This document shows, one piece after another, positions 40,601-50,800 of a stretch of DNA of 64,000 nucleotides. Position numbers and translations under genes: made by a program. Source of the stretch: an uncultured Planctomycetia bacterium (GTDB lineage Bacteria > Planctomycetota > MHYJ01 > CAYXQY01). Under the pieces are notes generated by a model. The model worked only from the letters and a program-made list of their open reading frames with translations, searched no databases and had not been told where the DNA came from. The stretch lies in assembly GCA_964580675.1 (NCBI GenBank), contig CAZOLI010000014.1, positions 14,364 through 78,363 on the forward strand, read 5' to 3'. Position 1 is the first letter of the stretch. Each line of letters starts with the position of its first letter.

Positions 40601-42478
40601 GTATTTTCTTACGTCCACGAAGGACTCCGCCTCTTTTGCGTCCGTGGAAACGACCTTCTTCCCGGTATCCACCTGAAATCCCAGGAACTTCGGTGAGTCG
40701 GCCGGCAGAACGTAAATCACGTCGTTGTAAATTTTTGGCGGAAGGAAACCCCGTCTGGAATATTGCTCGGGCTCCCAGCCATCGTCACGCCGATTGGTGG
40801 CCACATCTCCGTAGGGCGTGTAATCATGTACCCACTTTACGTCCCCGGAAACCGCGTTCATGGCGGCCACAATTCCCATGTTACTGGCCAGGTAAAGACT
40901 GTCCTGGCTTCGCACAAGATGTCCAAACCGCCGTCCGAAACCACCTCCCGAACTTCTTCTCCTTCTTCTCCCCTGATAATTCAGTGATACCCCCAGAGAA
41001 CGAACCCATTTTAACTTGCTTTTCAGTCGGTGAAAGCATGCGACGAAAATTTCCGTTTCCTGCTCTACTTTCGATGCCACCATCGGGACGTAAACAAAAT
41101 CCCCGTAGACCAGCGGCACCCCGTTAAACTTCAGTTCTTTGTCATCAACCTTGGGGGCGTTCCACGTGGTTTTTAAGGTGCCGTACTCTTTGCTCACCCG
41201 AACCAGCTGATCCTCCATCCAGAAATACACATCACCGTGAGCAACAGTGGCGGAGAGATAACCCAGATCTTTCTTGTATACGCTCCGGATGCTGGACGTA
41301 TTCAAATCTTCCCTGTTTCCCTGTCCAATTGACGCTCCGAACGAAACCCATTTCACGGGATTCTCTCCTCCCTCCGGGTCGAGCCGGGACCAGGTCAAAT
41401 CAAGAGCAACCAGCTTTGATCCATCATTAATCAAAACCGTGTCTCCGGAAACGAGGGGATAAATGGGAGAATACTGAAACTCTTCGGACATTCCTCCCGA
41501 AAGATTCATAAACTTTGACGCCGAGCTTGACCGAAATGGCTCATCGGAATCAAAATCCACCGATACATCCGTCGAGGGGAAGGACCAGAGCAGCATTTCG
41601 TTTTTCGGGAAGTTATCCGACCGGTTCTCCTCATCGGGGCTGGATCCGGGATGATCCCTGTTTTGCTCCCCCGTAATTTCCTGTTTTTGCAGAGGAAGAT
41701 CCGTTATTCTCTTCAACTTCGACCGATAACTGCTCTGTTCTTCTTCCGGTAATTCGACCAATTCCTTTTCAATTCGTTCAAGCGTCTGTTCTGCTTTCTG
41801 TTTGTTGCCGGACAGCCGGTAGGCGGCCAGCAAACGCAACCGGTATTTAAGCGGTTCTTTATGAGGTTCCGGATGATAATTTAAGATTTGACCCCACCAG
41901 TAAGCGGCGGTCGCAAAATTCCCTTTCCGGAAATTCCGACGGGCCAGGTCCGAAGCTGCCTGCTCTCCCGGTTTCGTAAAGAAATATATATTCGCCACTT
42001 TCAACAGCAAATCCTCGTCCTGCACCTCCTTTGCCTTTTCGTACTTCGAAACGGCTTCACCACGGACGTAATCCTGAAGCCAGTTCACCCACTTCATCTT
42101 CCAGGAGGATAAACGTCGCCGGATGAGTTCCGGAACCCCTACGTACCGATTTCCTTCATCCGACACCGCTTCCTGATGATACTTCTTCAGAGCCTCCAGA
42201 TAAATTTTGGCGGCCGGCTTCATCAGGTCCTGATCTACCCGTTTTTTTGCCTCCTCAATAATGTTTCCTGCCTTCCGTGATTCGATCATGACCCTTGAGT
42301 CACTCGAGTCCTGACCGGATAGCGGCTGGACAAATAGAAGAACCAGTACAAACAGAATTACCGGAACCCGGTGTACGGGCCTTATTAATCTTGGTTTCGT
42401 AACCATGGTGGTGACGGGATGAACAAAGGAAATTTCGTTTCCGGACCGGAACGTCCCCGGGGCCATAACCTCTGTCAA
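37625..42478 (-). CDS. very large secreted protein (about 1600 aa) with TPR-like helical regions and PQQ-like beta-propeller repeats
   Basis: Signal peptide (KPRLIRPVHRVPVILFVLVLLFVQPLSGQ). BamB/PQQ-like blades (VYVPMVASKV, GDVKWVHDY, VIYVLPADSP, GKKVVSTD). TTG at 42478. The more likely starts are ATG at 42466 or at 42406. Confidence 0.5.
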   Translation of the reverse strand: MTEVMAPGTFRSGNEISFVHPVTTMVTKPRLIRPVHRVPVILFVLVLLFVQPLSGQDSSDSRVMIESRKAGNIIEEAKKRVDQDLMKPAAKIYLEALKKYHQEAVSDEGNRYVGVPELIRRRLSSWKMKWVNWLQDYVRGEAVSKYEKAKEVQDEDLLLKVANIYFFTKPGEQAASDLARRNFRKGNFATAAYWWGQILNYHPEPHKEPLKYRLRLLAAYRLSGNKQKAEQTLERIEKELVELPEEEQSSYRSKLKRITDLPLQKQEITGEQNRDHPGSSPDEENRSDNFPKNEMLLWSFPSTDVSVDFDSDEPFRSSSASKFMNLSGGMSEEFQYSPIYPLVSGDTVLINDGSKLVALDLTWSRLDPEGGENPVKWVSFGASIGQGNREDLNTSSIRSVYKKDLGYLSATVAHGDVYFWMEDQLVRVSKEYGTLKTTWNAPKVDDKELKFNGVPLVYGDFVYVPMVASKVEQETEIFVACFHRLKSKLKWVRSLGVSLNYQGRRRRRSSGGGFGRRFGHLVRSQDSLYLASNMGIVAAMNAVSGDVKWVHDYTPYGDVATNRRDDGWEPEQYSRRGFLPPKIYNDVIYVLPADSPKFLGFQVDTGKKVVSTDAKEAESFVDVRKYEGVLKAILFDYFTKPRGETKFGLREVNLKDPPEDSIFKEARKYDFTNSAEQLCSIRSGDKKYLVGTQNMLNDFLAKDLYLEWTGSWPNKSSLTPFNMTYTEDRLVLAGPGRILTMTGFSRYEKLIADMNQREDVGEALLNHFQLLVQSGRHDKALQKIRQVLKNRDLSMAKKKYKNLEDLFYRLSLGRMVDLASTKEKKTVNWKKIGDVGSRALPLIEDRERAVEIAIRTENAYYRAGQPGDLARIQWKLYREFGDRVISPWRPEGERDSSVKIRVDEYLKMRWESLRKKYPVEFGLRFASRMRSLTPTVLSHRLPGLTDNPYDTIEHATGKSYASEAPGEQRYTPFETLLSLGPETYVKRQSDTLDQVLSTVRRRNRFDVAADLVRILKNRFSDRSFPAGSGTKTGKELAKSLSSWIRTRNSMGSEPLTEPVSLTWNDNPPSFWSSDKKEEEKKNRPVFVNEPDRYDQPEFQFKQIQNRSELRFRFSDVRDGSTSGVLDVMPEVLDSETNLDHLMIKTNWADNGLFKVILNNTESWSASVLLVSPSVRKKPSIHRKYVFQDKLVDSISLTGERMFVSGVDKGDFRVSERKDIIDAAARVNIPLLVEAYTRPGKKLIWSRELPQKARIKWLDATWSNQNKIFFLMENGQANSSHQLKEARNSTNAVERLFSFEQKGKQEKNIMDLPTLSGGGEALKKAGSHLFGVMNMATGAVERVLKLKTPNALLTDRHGSVILSIPLTDNRLLLSKLDTIRGKRTWSTIRNNFSYQPHLSTSGTAVSAQSFQQQEDNPPERLAPGSVSANHSGRGYMITCPFLESPRISKVDVSETLDTSQSSLHVFPTTDPASVTVFVRRPGEKMVYRLGKTGDGSEGAYEIAWGGITNMRRTPPHFDGHEGPGGSFLFWHNFREHPKRWRLYLYDAEEGNLIWTSKTPGEKMNFEKEQDLPYATFPLDRTRKPAFVGAGRGITMQWGNRWFELVSSDQNEKNSGGEK

Positions 42479-42923
42479 TTTACAGGACAGTTACCGGGCG
42501 GGACATCACGTTCGAAACTATGACCTACAGCGGACATTTTTTGGTTTTCCGACCCGAAGGATAGAATAACTCATCATAGCGGGAACCCGGAAAAATTCAA
42601 CCTAATTGTCCGTGGAAAAGGAAACAAACGTAAGAATTACGGAGGGGAACAATATATCCAGTTTTCGAGAACCAAATATCGATCCGAACCTATGCGGAAA
42701 CAGAATTCAGCAAATTAGACCCCATCACAAAAAGGCGTGTTTAACATTTTCAATTACGAATGACGAAATTTTATTTGGTATATACGTGGAGCCAGGGCGG
42801 ACCGGGTCACTTCTTAACGGGTTCCCGACACGTGTCCGTGTGTGATTCAGAACGGTCAGCGGCCACGAATGGGCCCGGAAGCCAAGGTACGGGTAATTGT
42901 TTGAGCAAACTCACCCCGGCGTT

Positions 42924-44582
42924 ATGAAAAACCAACCCACACAGGGACAAAATTGGACACGGCGGATTCAGAAAGCCATCTCCGTGATCATCTTCATTAT
43001 TATTTTCTGGGTCTTCGTATTTCGCTGGGCCATGATTTCCCTCGAAGGTCAAACCATCTCCTACGCACAAACGCTCCAGATCGTCATTGAGGCCCTGACC
43101 ACGGCGGGTTTTGGTGGGTTTGCTCCATGGGAAAACAGTATTGTGAACCTGATTGTCGTCGGAATGAACATATCGGGGGTTATTCTCATGTTTCTGACCC
43201 TTCCGGTTTTTGTTCTCCCCTTTGTTCGTCAGTTGCTTCTGGAACCTCCTTCCCGGATTGAACAAAAAATCGGTCACGTTATTATCTGTTATTACTCCGA
43301 GAGAACGGAGGAATTTATTTCGGGATTAGAGGCCCGAAATTGTGAATACATCGTTGTGGAACCGGATTACACAACGGCCCGGGACCTGCACCGGAAGCGG
43401 AAACCCGTCATCCAGGGGGATCCCGAATCCATCGATTCGCTTAAAAACGCTCATCTGGACACTGCCATGGCGGTGGTGGCAAACGGAAATGACCAGATCA
43501 ATGCAAGCGTCGCCCTGACGGTACGGGAACACCGCCGAAACGGGATTCGTGTTGTTACACTTAACGAGAATGAAGAACTTCGGGAATATCAACAGCTGGC
43601 AGGGGCGGATCAGGTTCTTTCCCCGAAACAGTTGCTCGGCCGAAGTCTTGCTTCTCGAATTCCGACCGCCGTTACCGAACAGGCCGAAGATGAAATTGAA
43701 ATTGGTGATGATCTTGAACTATTTGAGTTCCAGATACGGGAGGAATCATCGTTTGCCGGTAAAACCATCTCTGAACTGCGACTTCGAAATCGATTTGGCG
43801 TGGACATACTCGGGGCCTGGACCGAGGGCAACTTCACGAGCCCCATCGACAAAAACCTTCGGCTCGCTTCCGGTACCCGACTTCTCGTTGCGGGAAACCC
43901 GGATCAAATTGATCAATTACAGGACGAGATAGTCTCAACAATGGAACGATTTTCGGATCAGACCGTTGTAATTGCGGGGCTCGGAGATGCCGGTTCCGCA
44001 GCCGCCGATACTTTTAAAACAACAAACACAAAGACAACCGTCCTCGATATCGAGGAGAAGGCCGGTGTTGATGTGGTCGGGGACTCCAGAGATCCTTCAG
44101 TCCTTCGGGAAGCGGGGGTCGAAAATGCAGCTCATATCATTATTACTCTCAATAACGACACAACGGCTATCTTTACCACGCTGATCGCCCGGGAACTGAA
44201 CCCTGACATCAACATCATCGTCCGGGCAAACGAAAAAGAGTCCGAGAAAAAGTTGCACCGGGCCGGGGCGAATTACGTGCAATCGCTCGAAACGGTTAGC
44301 GGACGCATGATGTCGTCGGCAGTTTTCGAAGACGAAGAAGTGTTAACATTTGACCGACAGATTAACGTCGTAAAACTCCCTGTTGGAGATCTGGCCGGAA
44401 CCACAATAACGGAAGCGGACGTGCAGGCAAAAACCGGATGCATTGTTCTTGCCGCAATCCGTGGCGATTCCACGATCACAAAACTGGACCCCGAATCCTT
44501 TCAATTTCGTGCATCGGACCGAGTCATCATCGCGGGAACGGACGAAACCGTAAAACGGTTCGAAAATACCTTTAATATTTAG
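42924..44582 (+). CDS. two-TM potassium channel with tandem RCK (TrkA-N/TrkA-C) domains
   Basis: TM-pore-TM with the filter-like TTAGFGG. Two Rossmann-like RCK modules (VIICYYSERTEEF..., VVIAGLGDAGSAAAD...). The ORF extends to a TTG at 42897. Confidence 0.75.
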   Translation: MKNQPTQGQNWTRRIQKAISVIIFIIIFWVFVFRWAMISLEGQTISYAQTLQIVIEALTTAGFGGFAPWENSIVNLIVVGMNISGVILMFLTLPVFVLPFVRQLLLEPPSRIEQKIGHVIICYYSERTEEFISGLEARNCEYIVVEPDYTTARDLHRKRKPVIQGDPESIDSLKNAHLDTAMAVVANGNDQINASVALTVREHRRNGIRVVTLNENEELREYQQLAGADQVLSPKQLLGRSLASRIPTAVTEQAEDEIEIGDDLELFEFQIREESSFAGKTISELRLRNRFGVDILGAWTEGNFTSPIDKNLRLASGTRLLVAGNPDQIDQLQDEIVSTMERFSDQTVVIAGLGDAGSAAADTFKTTNTKTTVLDIEEKAGVDVVGDSRDPSVLREAGVENAAHIIITLNNDTTAIFTTLIARELNPDINIIVRANEKESEKKLHRAGANYVQSLETVSGRMMSSAVFEDEEVLTFDRQINVVKLPVGDLAGTTITEADVQAKTGCIVLAAIRGDSTITKLDPESFQFRASDRVIIAGTDETVKRFENTFNI

Positions 44583-44806
44583 ACTCCACCCGAAAAAGGG
44601 GAGGGCGTCAGTGAGTGTGTTAACGGGGGGCTCTTCCCGGAATTATGGCAAAACAACCCCCCAAAAGTGGGCCCGTGAAATAACGACGTCAATGGCCACG
44701 CCAGAACACCCTCCGGTATAACGTGCTGGAGATTTTATTGATGGAGCAGACGGGCCGGTGCCGTCTTATTCTTCGGAGAAAACATCCCGTTTCACGGGAG
44801 GATGTC

Positions 44807-45970
44807 CTACTTTTGCTGAATAGGGAGGAGCCGGTTCGGGATCGAAAGATTGATGACGTTAACGGCCGTACAGAACGTTCTATACGTGATGCAGTGATGC
44901 CCATTCCAGGAACCGTCCGCGTTCTGGAGTTTAACCAACGTGTTCCGTATAAATTGATACCATTTCTCCCACCGGGTGTCACGAGTGTGAAACAATCCCT
45001 GTGTGGCAAGAAGGGCGGCGTAGTATTCTTCTCCCCCAACTCTGTTTTCGTCGAAGGAATAACGGCCAAATTTTCCAGTATCGACCATTTCCATTAACTG
45101 TTTTGTCGCTTTTTTGGCCAGTTTCGAATTTCCTTTCCCGCTTCCGTACAGGATTCGAATCACGGCGGCGGCGTTATAAAATCCCTTCGGATCACCGGTG
45201 TTCGTGTTCTTGGAAAAATCGGATCCCTGTTTTGTAATGTAATTCACCACACCATCCAGGGACGCGTCAACCGATAAACCGGCGGAATTGGCCGATCGAA
45301 GTGAGAGCCATGCCGACGCAGTCGTCAGACCGATGGAGAATGATTTCACCTCCCAGCCTCCATTCTGATTCTGGTAATTTTCTATCGCCTCAACGGTGTC
45401 CTTCAACCTCATCTGTACCTGATCCATCTGGCTCTCCGACGTCACCGGTCGAAATGTGGTGCCGGAGAGCTGGCCGAGAAGTGTCGCGGTCATGAAGGTG
45501 TGTATATGCTTTCCGAGTTTCCTCTGCATCAGTTTGGTACGACTGGAGCCCGCCTCAATCGGCTTCAATTTTTCCGATTTTTTCAGAATGTAACTTAACC
45601 CCTGTCGGAGTTCACTCGCATGGGAACCACGGCGAGGTGTGTTTCCCCGGGCGACCAGAGCCAGGCAAACGGCGGACGTCACGGCAAGATCTCCCGACTG
45701 GTTCGGCTCGCCTCCCCAGGAACCGTCTGCATTTTGTGTTTTGGCGAGCCAATCTACCGCTTTCTGTACGGCCTCCCGGGATTTAGGGGTCTGTTCGGAG
45801 AAGGATTCCTTTCCGTCCCCATCGGTCTGCTGGTCTTCTGCCTTCTGAGCTTCGTCTTCTCCTGAATTCTCTCCACTCTGTGCGTAAAGAGCCGGAGAAC
45901 CCATCCACAGAGCCAACCCGGTAAATAACATCACAAGAACGAGCAATTGTTCCCTTTTCCACTGACGCAT
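44807..45970 (-). CDS. secreted prenyltransferase/squalene-oxidase-repeat protein (terpenoid-cyclase-like alpha/alpha toroid)
   Basis: Signal peptide. Repeated QNADGSWGG, QNQNGGWEV and QNADGSWNGHHC motifs. Confidence 0.6.
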   Translation of the reverse strand: MRQWKREQLLVLVMLFTGLALWMGSPALYAQSGENSGEDEAQKAEDQQTDGDGKESFSEQTPKSREAVQKAVDWLAKTQNADGSWGGEPNQSGDLAVTSAVCLALVARGNTPRRGSHASELRQGLSYILKKSEKLKPIEAGSSRTKLMQRKLGKHIHTFMTATLLGQLSGTTFRPVTSESQMDQVQMRLKDTVEAIENYQNQNGGWEVKSFSIGLTTASAWLSLRSANSAGLSVDASLDGVVNYITKQGSDFSKNTNTGDPKGFYNAAAVIRILYGSGKGNSKLAKKATKQLMEMVDTGKFGRYSFDENRVGGEEYYAALLATQGLFHTRDTRWEKWYQFIRNTLVKLQNADGSWNGHHCITYRTFCTAVNVINLSIPNRLLPIQQK

Positions 45971-46503
45971 TCGAAAATTCCTCCGGCAATTGGAATCGAT
46001 TTCCTTTTTACGAATCCCTCAGATTGTTGTAACCCTATTCCGTGCAGAGCAACCCGGTGGGGCTCTACCGGAAGTCATCCACTGAGATCGGTGGAGCCTA
46101 CGTATTATAAACGAATTTCACCAGATGATCTCGTCATTCAGGAGGTTGAATCGATGGTTCTTTGTCCACAACCACAGTGTAAACGAATGTGAAACCACAT
46201 TGTTCACTTTTGTTGAACGCAAATGTCATACCAGATTATCCACGGTCAACCGTGATCCCGGCAAATTTTTCACGAAATCCGTCCAGAAAAATAGAAATAC
46301 GGGTGTTTCTACGGTGGATAACACAATTTTTTTGGAAGGTATTCTGAAATTCTCATCCACGAATGTATGTCGAATCCTTGGGTAACCCTGTAAACATGCC
46401 GAACAGTGTTGGATATTTTAACATATTTCGTGCAATCAAACTGGGAAGGGACGGGTAATGTGGTACATCTGAATTTTATCCCCATGACCGGACAGGACGG
46501 TTG

Positions 46504-47799
46504 TCAATTTCCTTCGTCCTTCGTGCTGTTCCAAACGTGGAGAAGTGCTCGAAGGCCCAGAGAGGTACCCACAAGGGGATCATCCTCCCTGTTCCTGGAC
46601 GATCTGTTGACGATCTGGCCTCCCGGTTTTTGAAGCTGTCGCACGGCCTCGAACACAGAGCGCTTCCAGTTTCTGTCCGAGAAGTCCACGTCAAGCCGGA
46701 CAAATGCGGCGGATACGGCCGAGAGATAATACAGCTTCAGAGCCTTTGCCCACGTATTGTCGTCCCCGCCGGAAAACCCCGGTACCCGGTTGACCCGAAA
46801 CTGTGTCCGGAGCCATCGAAGGCTGTTTTTCACAATTGCGTGCGATCGTCCCATTCCTGAAGCCAGGGCCGCAAGCAGAACATCCGCCGTGGCGGAACCA
46901 TACGGCCGAAACGCACCTTCCCGTCGTCCCGCTTTGTTGTCGGCGGGAAACACCGGAGAAAAATAAAATCCTCTTCCGGATTCTTCCAGATTCTCGGGGG
47001 CCGCCCGACACGAGGTCAAAAAAGCCCTTCCGTACGAAAAGACGACATCCGGCACGTTCAACCCCTTCTGTCTGCAGGCCCTCAGAGCCTGGAGGGCATA
47101 TCGGGTATTTGACACATCCACCCGTCCCGGTTCGGGAGGCGACGGTAAGGATTCACTTCCATTATCCCAACCTCCCGCAGCCTCATGATCCAGTGACCAG
47201 CCGTTCTTTGATCCGTGCTGTTGACGAACCAGATAGGATTTCATTCGCATTACAATCTTTCGTCCGTCTTCCGGTCGGTTCTGGAGAAAACAGCGAATTG
47301 CAGAGGAGGTCGCGTACACCGGGTAATCCACGGCGGGTCTGGCGGTAACGCCCAGGCCCCCGCCATCGGAGAGATGACGCGAGATGAACCGGAAACTTTT
47401 TTCCACTGCAGAACTGTCCGGAACCAGAATCTCCTCCGGCACCTGGAGAAGGGTGTAAAGAACGAAGGGAGTCAGCGAATGACCCGGTTTCAGAAAGCCG
47501 TATTTGGTACTCTTCCAGCTTCCGTCATTGTTCTGCCGGTTCCACAGAAACCGGGCGGCCTTTCTGATGGATTGATTGAGAATTGATGCCTGAGGTCCCC
47601 CGGAACGAGTCACTTCCGCAGCGAAATCATCATCTGGGTTTCCTTTGCCTTTCGTCGTCTGTGCAGAACCCTCCTGTTCCGTTTTCCCCTGACGGGAACC
47701 CGGTCCGTCATTTGCACAGGAGGCAAACAGAAACAAAATCAAAAGCAACGATAGAAACGAGGAAAAGACGTTTTCGCAGTGTGGGCGAACTCGCCTCAT
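46504..47799 (-). CDS. prenyltransferase/squalene-oxidase-repeat lipoprotein (paralog of 44807-45970)
   Basis: Lipobox LFLFASC. QNNDGSWKS and QHGSKNGWS repeats. The ATG at 47799 lies 1 nt from the stop of the upstream giant gene (47801). Confidence 0.6.
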   Translation of the reverse strand: MRRVRPHCENVFSSFLSLLLILFLFASCANDGPGSRQGKTEQEGSAQTTKGKGNPDDDFAAEVTRSGGPQASILNQSIRKAARFLWNRQNNDGSWKSTKYGFLKPGHSLTPFVLYTLLQVPEEILVPDSSAVEKSFRFISRHLSDGGGLGVTARPAVDYPVYATSSAIRCFLQNRPEDGRKIVMRMKSYLVRQQHGSKNGWSLDHEAAGGWDNGSESLPSPPEPGRVDVSNTRYALQALRACRQKGLNVPDVVFSYGRAFLTSCRAAPENLEESGRGFYFSPVFPADNKAGRREGAFRPYGSATADVLLAALASGMGRSHAIVKNSLRWLRTQFRVNRVPGFSGGDDNTWAKALKLYYLSAVSAAFVRLDVDFSDRNWKRSVFEAVRQLQKPGGQIVNRSSRNREDDPLVGTSLGLRALLHVWNSTKDEGN

Positions 47800-47800
47800 C

Positions 47801-50800
47801 TTACAGCTGACTGAAAAAGTAATCCTCCACCGCGTGCCGGAGTTCGGACACATTCCCGGACCAGTCTTTGCTCATCCATTCCCTCAGTTTTTCCTTTGGC
47901 ACATGATCCGGCCCCATGCCGTGATCCTCGTGAAGTTCCTCGATAAAGCGGCCGGCCAGATCCGGGATGTCCGTTTTTCGTGCATCCAGAGGAGGCATGG
48001 TGATTGTGGCCCCCGATATTTCTTCGTAAAGTTCTTCCGGGAACTGACCGGTCGAGACCTCTTCCGGCAAATTGTCATGGGCCGTGGCCAGAACACGGAG
48101 ATCCGGCTCCGACTGGATTCGGTCAAGCAAAACCTCCTGGGCCTCTTCGGCCATGTTTTCCACGTTTCTAAGAATAATGGTCGTGACCGCTTCCGATCGA
48201 TCCCCGTCCTCGTTGTCTTCGTTTGCCTCCCTGATTTTTTGAACCTGAAGTTCAGCACCGAGCGACTGACAATCCACCTCCTGAACCGGTTGCTCCCCGC
48301 GTGGCCCCTGGAAGTGAAGGACCCGGGCGGCGAGTGTGCGACCTGTTCCGGATTCTCCCAGCACCAGAACATTTGATTCGGTCGGAATAAGATTTTTAAT
48401 CGTATTTCGCGCCTCCTGGAAGACATCGGATTCACCGGCCATCTGCTCGAGGTTCAGACGATCCTGAAACCGGCTTTTGAGTTTCTGGTATTTTTTCTGA
48501 AGCCGCTCCAGTTCGCTTTCCTTCTCCCGGTGTTCAAGTGCGTTCTTGACCGGTCCGGAAATTTCCCGGGCAAGGGCGGTGGCCAGACCCAGGTCCTCTT
48601 CTCCGAACCGTCTCTTCACGGCGGGATTGTCCAGGTACATAATGCCAATCGGCTCATCCTCCGTCTCGATGGGAATCACCATCAGAGATTTTAGATTCAA
48701 TCGCTCTATCGTGGAATGTTCATGAAGGCCCGGATCCTCGCTGGCGTTGTCAGTCAACACACCGTTACCGGTTTCCAGTACTTTCCGTGCCACCGACATG
48801 GACATCTCTTCAACCAGCTCCTCGGCGGACCGTGTCTCTTCTCCTGCCCCGTTTTCCCCGGATGTTTCGCCCGCCGAATGATAAAACGCTTCGGGGATTA
48901 GTTCGCCGTTCTTCGGGTTCTTCAGAAGAACCACTCCCCGTTGAGCATGCGTGGCTTCACTGAGTGTATCCAGAACCACATCAAGAAGCTCCCCCAGTTG
49001 AAGTCCGGACTGAATGACCTTTCGTAGTGTGCCCATAACCAATCGGTTCTTCCGGGAGAGGTACTCCACGTCGATGGCGGAATTCAAAAATCCCTCTTTT
49101 ACCCGGTCGAGTATCTGATCCGTTTCACGACCCTTGTAAATCTCGGCGCTGCTTCCATCCTCCTTCTTGGCACTCTGCATCGCGTGATCGGCTTTCTCAA
49201 TTAACCCGGAAATGTCATTTCCGTCGGGGGGAAAACCGGAGATGCCGATACTCAGAGTTATCTCCATCTTGCGATCTCCCAGATCAACCTTTTTTTCCTT
49301 CAGGTCCGTTATGATTCGCTCGGCCACGGAGAGGGCGTCCTTCCGATCGGTCTCGGGCAGAAGCACTTCAAACTCATCACCACCGTACCGCCCGACCGTC
49401 GTTTCACCGGTTCGTGCTGCCACATCGTAACCACGCATCGTTTTCCGGAGAAATTGTCCCGTTTTCCGAATGAGCCGGTCGCCCGCCGCATGACCAAATC
49501 GGTCGTTCACCCACTTCAACCCGTCAACGTCTATGAACATCAACGAAAGGGGATATTCAAACCGTGACGCTTTTTCCAGCTCCTCCTCAATCCGATTCTG
49601 AAAATAACCATGCGAAACAAGACCGGTGAGTCGATCCCGGATGGCTTCCTCGTGAAGCCGGGCGTTTTCAATGGCAACGGCGGCGTGCCCCGCAAGAATA
49701 GAAAGGGCCACGAGGTCTTTTTCCTGAAATAGTTCCGACGTTTCCGGACGATCCAGATAAATCGCGCCCACGGGCTCTCCTTTTACACGGAGCGGGGCCG
49801 CGATGATGGACTGAAGCTGCAGGTTCTGAACACTTCGGGCCTCCTGCAGCTTGTCCTCTTCCCGAACATTTTCAATCCGGAGGGGGCGCTCCTCCTCAAT
49901 GGCCTGCATCATCACGTTCCGGCTCATCGCTTCTTCCGGGGTCTGAATGGATCCTTTTTTCCGGTGCCGGGCCACCTCGATCTTCAGGCGATCTTCCAGA
50001 TTCACGTTTCCTTCTTCCGATTCCGACTCCTCCTCAGGAGATAGCACGGCCAGAAACCCCCGGCTGGCCCCGGTAATCTGAATGGCCGTATCCATGATTC
50101 GGGGAAGCAGATTTTCCGGTTCCAGCTCCGTTGAAAACTCCGTTAACACTTCAAGCAACCGCGTAATTTTCTCACCCGATAGGTTGCTGATGTCCACGTT
50201 CGGCACGTCAATCCGATTACTATCAATTTCTCCTTCCTCCCACCAATCCTCAAGGCGATCCTCCACGAAGGACCGTTCCCGGAGAAACAATTCATAATAA
50301 TATTTGTGTTCTTTTTCCTTCATGTCCTCCATGAACTCGGCAAGTTGCGAACGTCCCTCCTCCCGATTCCCAAAAACAAGTTCAAACAGCGCCGAAGCAA
50401 ACGCCAGGTTGTATTTTAGCGGGACATTTTCCCGGTCCTCCATGACGTCTCTGGCTTCCTCCAGGTGAGTATGCGCTTCGTCCCGGTAATCCGCATAAGA
50501 TGGGGAAGGCCCCTCTTCCGCACCCTTCAGACAGAGGGAACGGGTTACACCAATAAGGGCCCGGGGAAGCACGGAATGCACATGGTGTTCACGGGCGACT
50601 TCAAGACCCTCACGAAACAGCTGAAGAGCGGTTTCGTGGTTCCCTTTTAGCCCGGCCAGCCGGGCATGAGTCAATTTCGATATGGCCAGGTATTCATATA
50701 TGGATTCCTGTTTCGAAATTCTAGCCGCCTCCAGACACAACTCCTCCGCCATGTCGTATTCTTCCCTGTGAATATGTAGCTCAGACTTTGTAAATAGATA

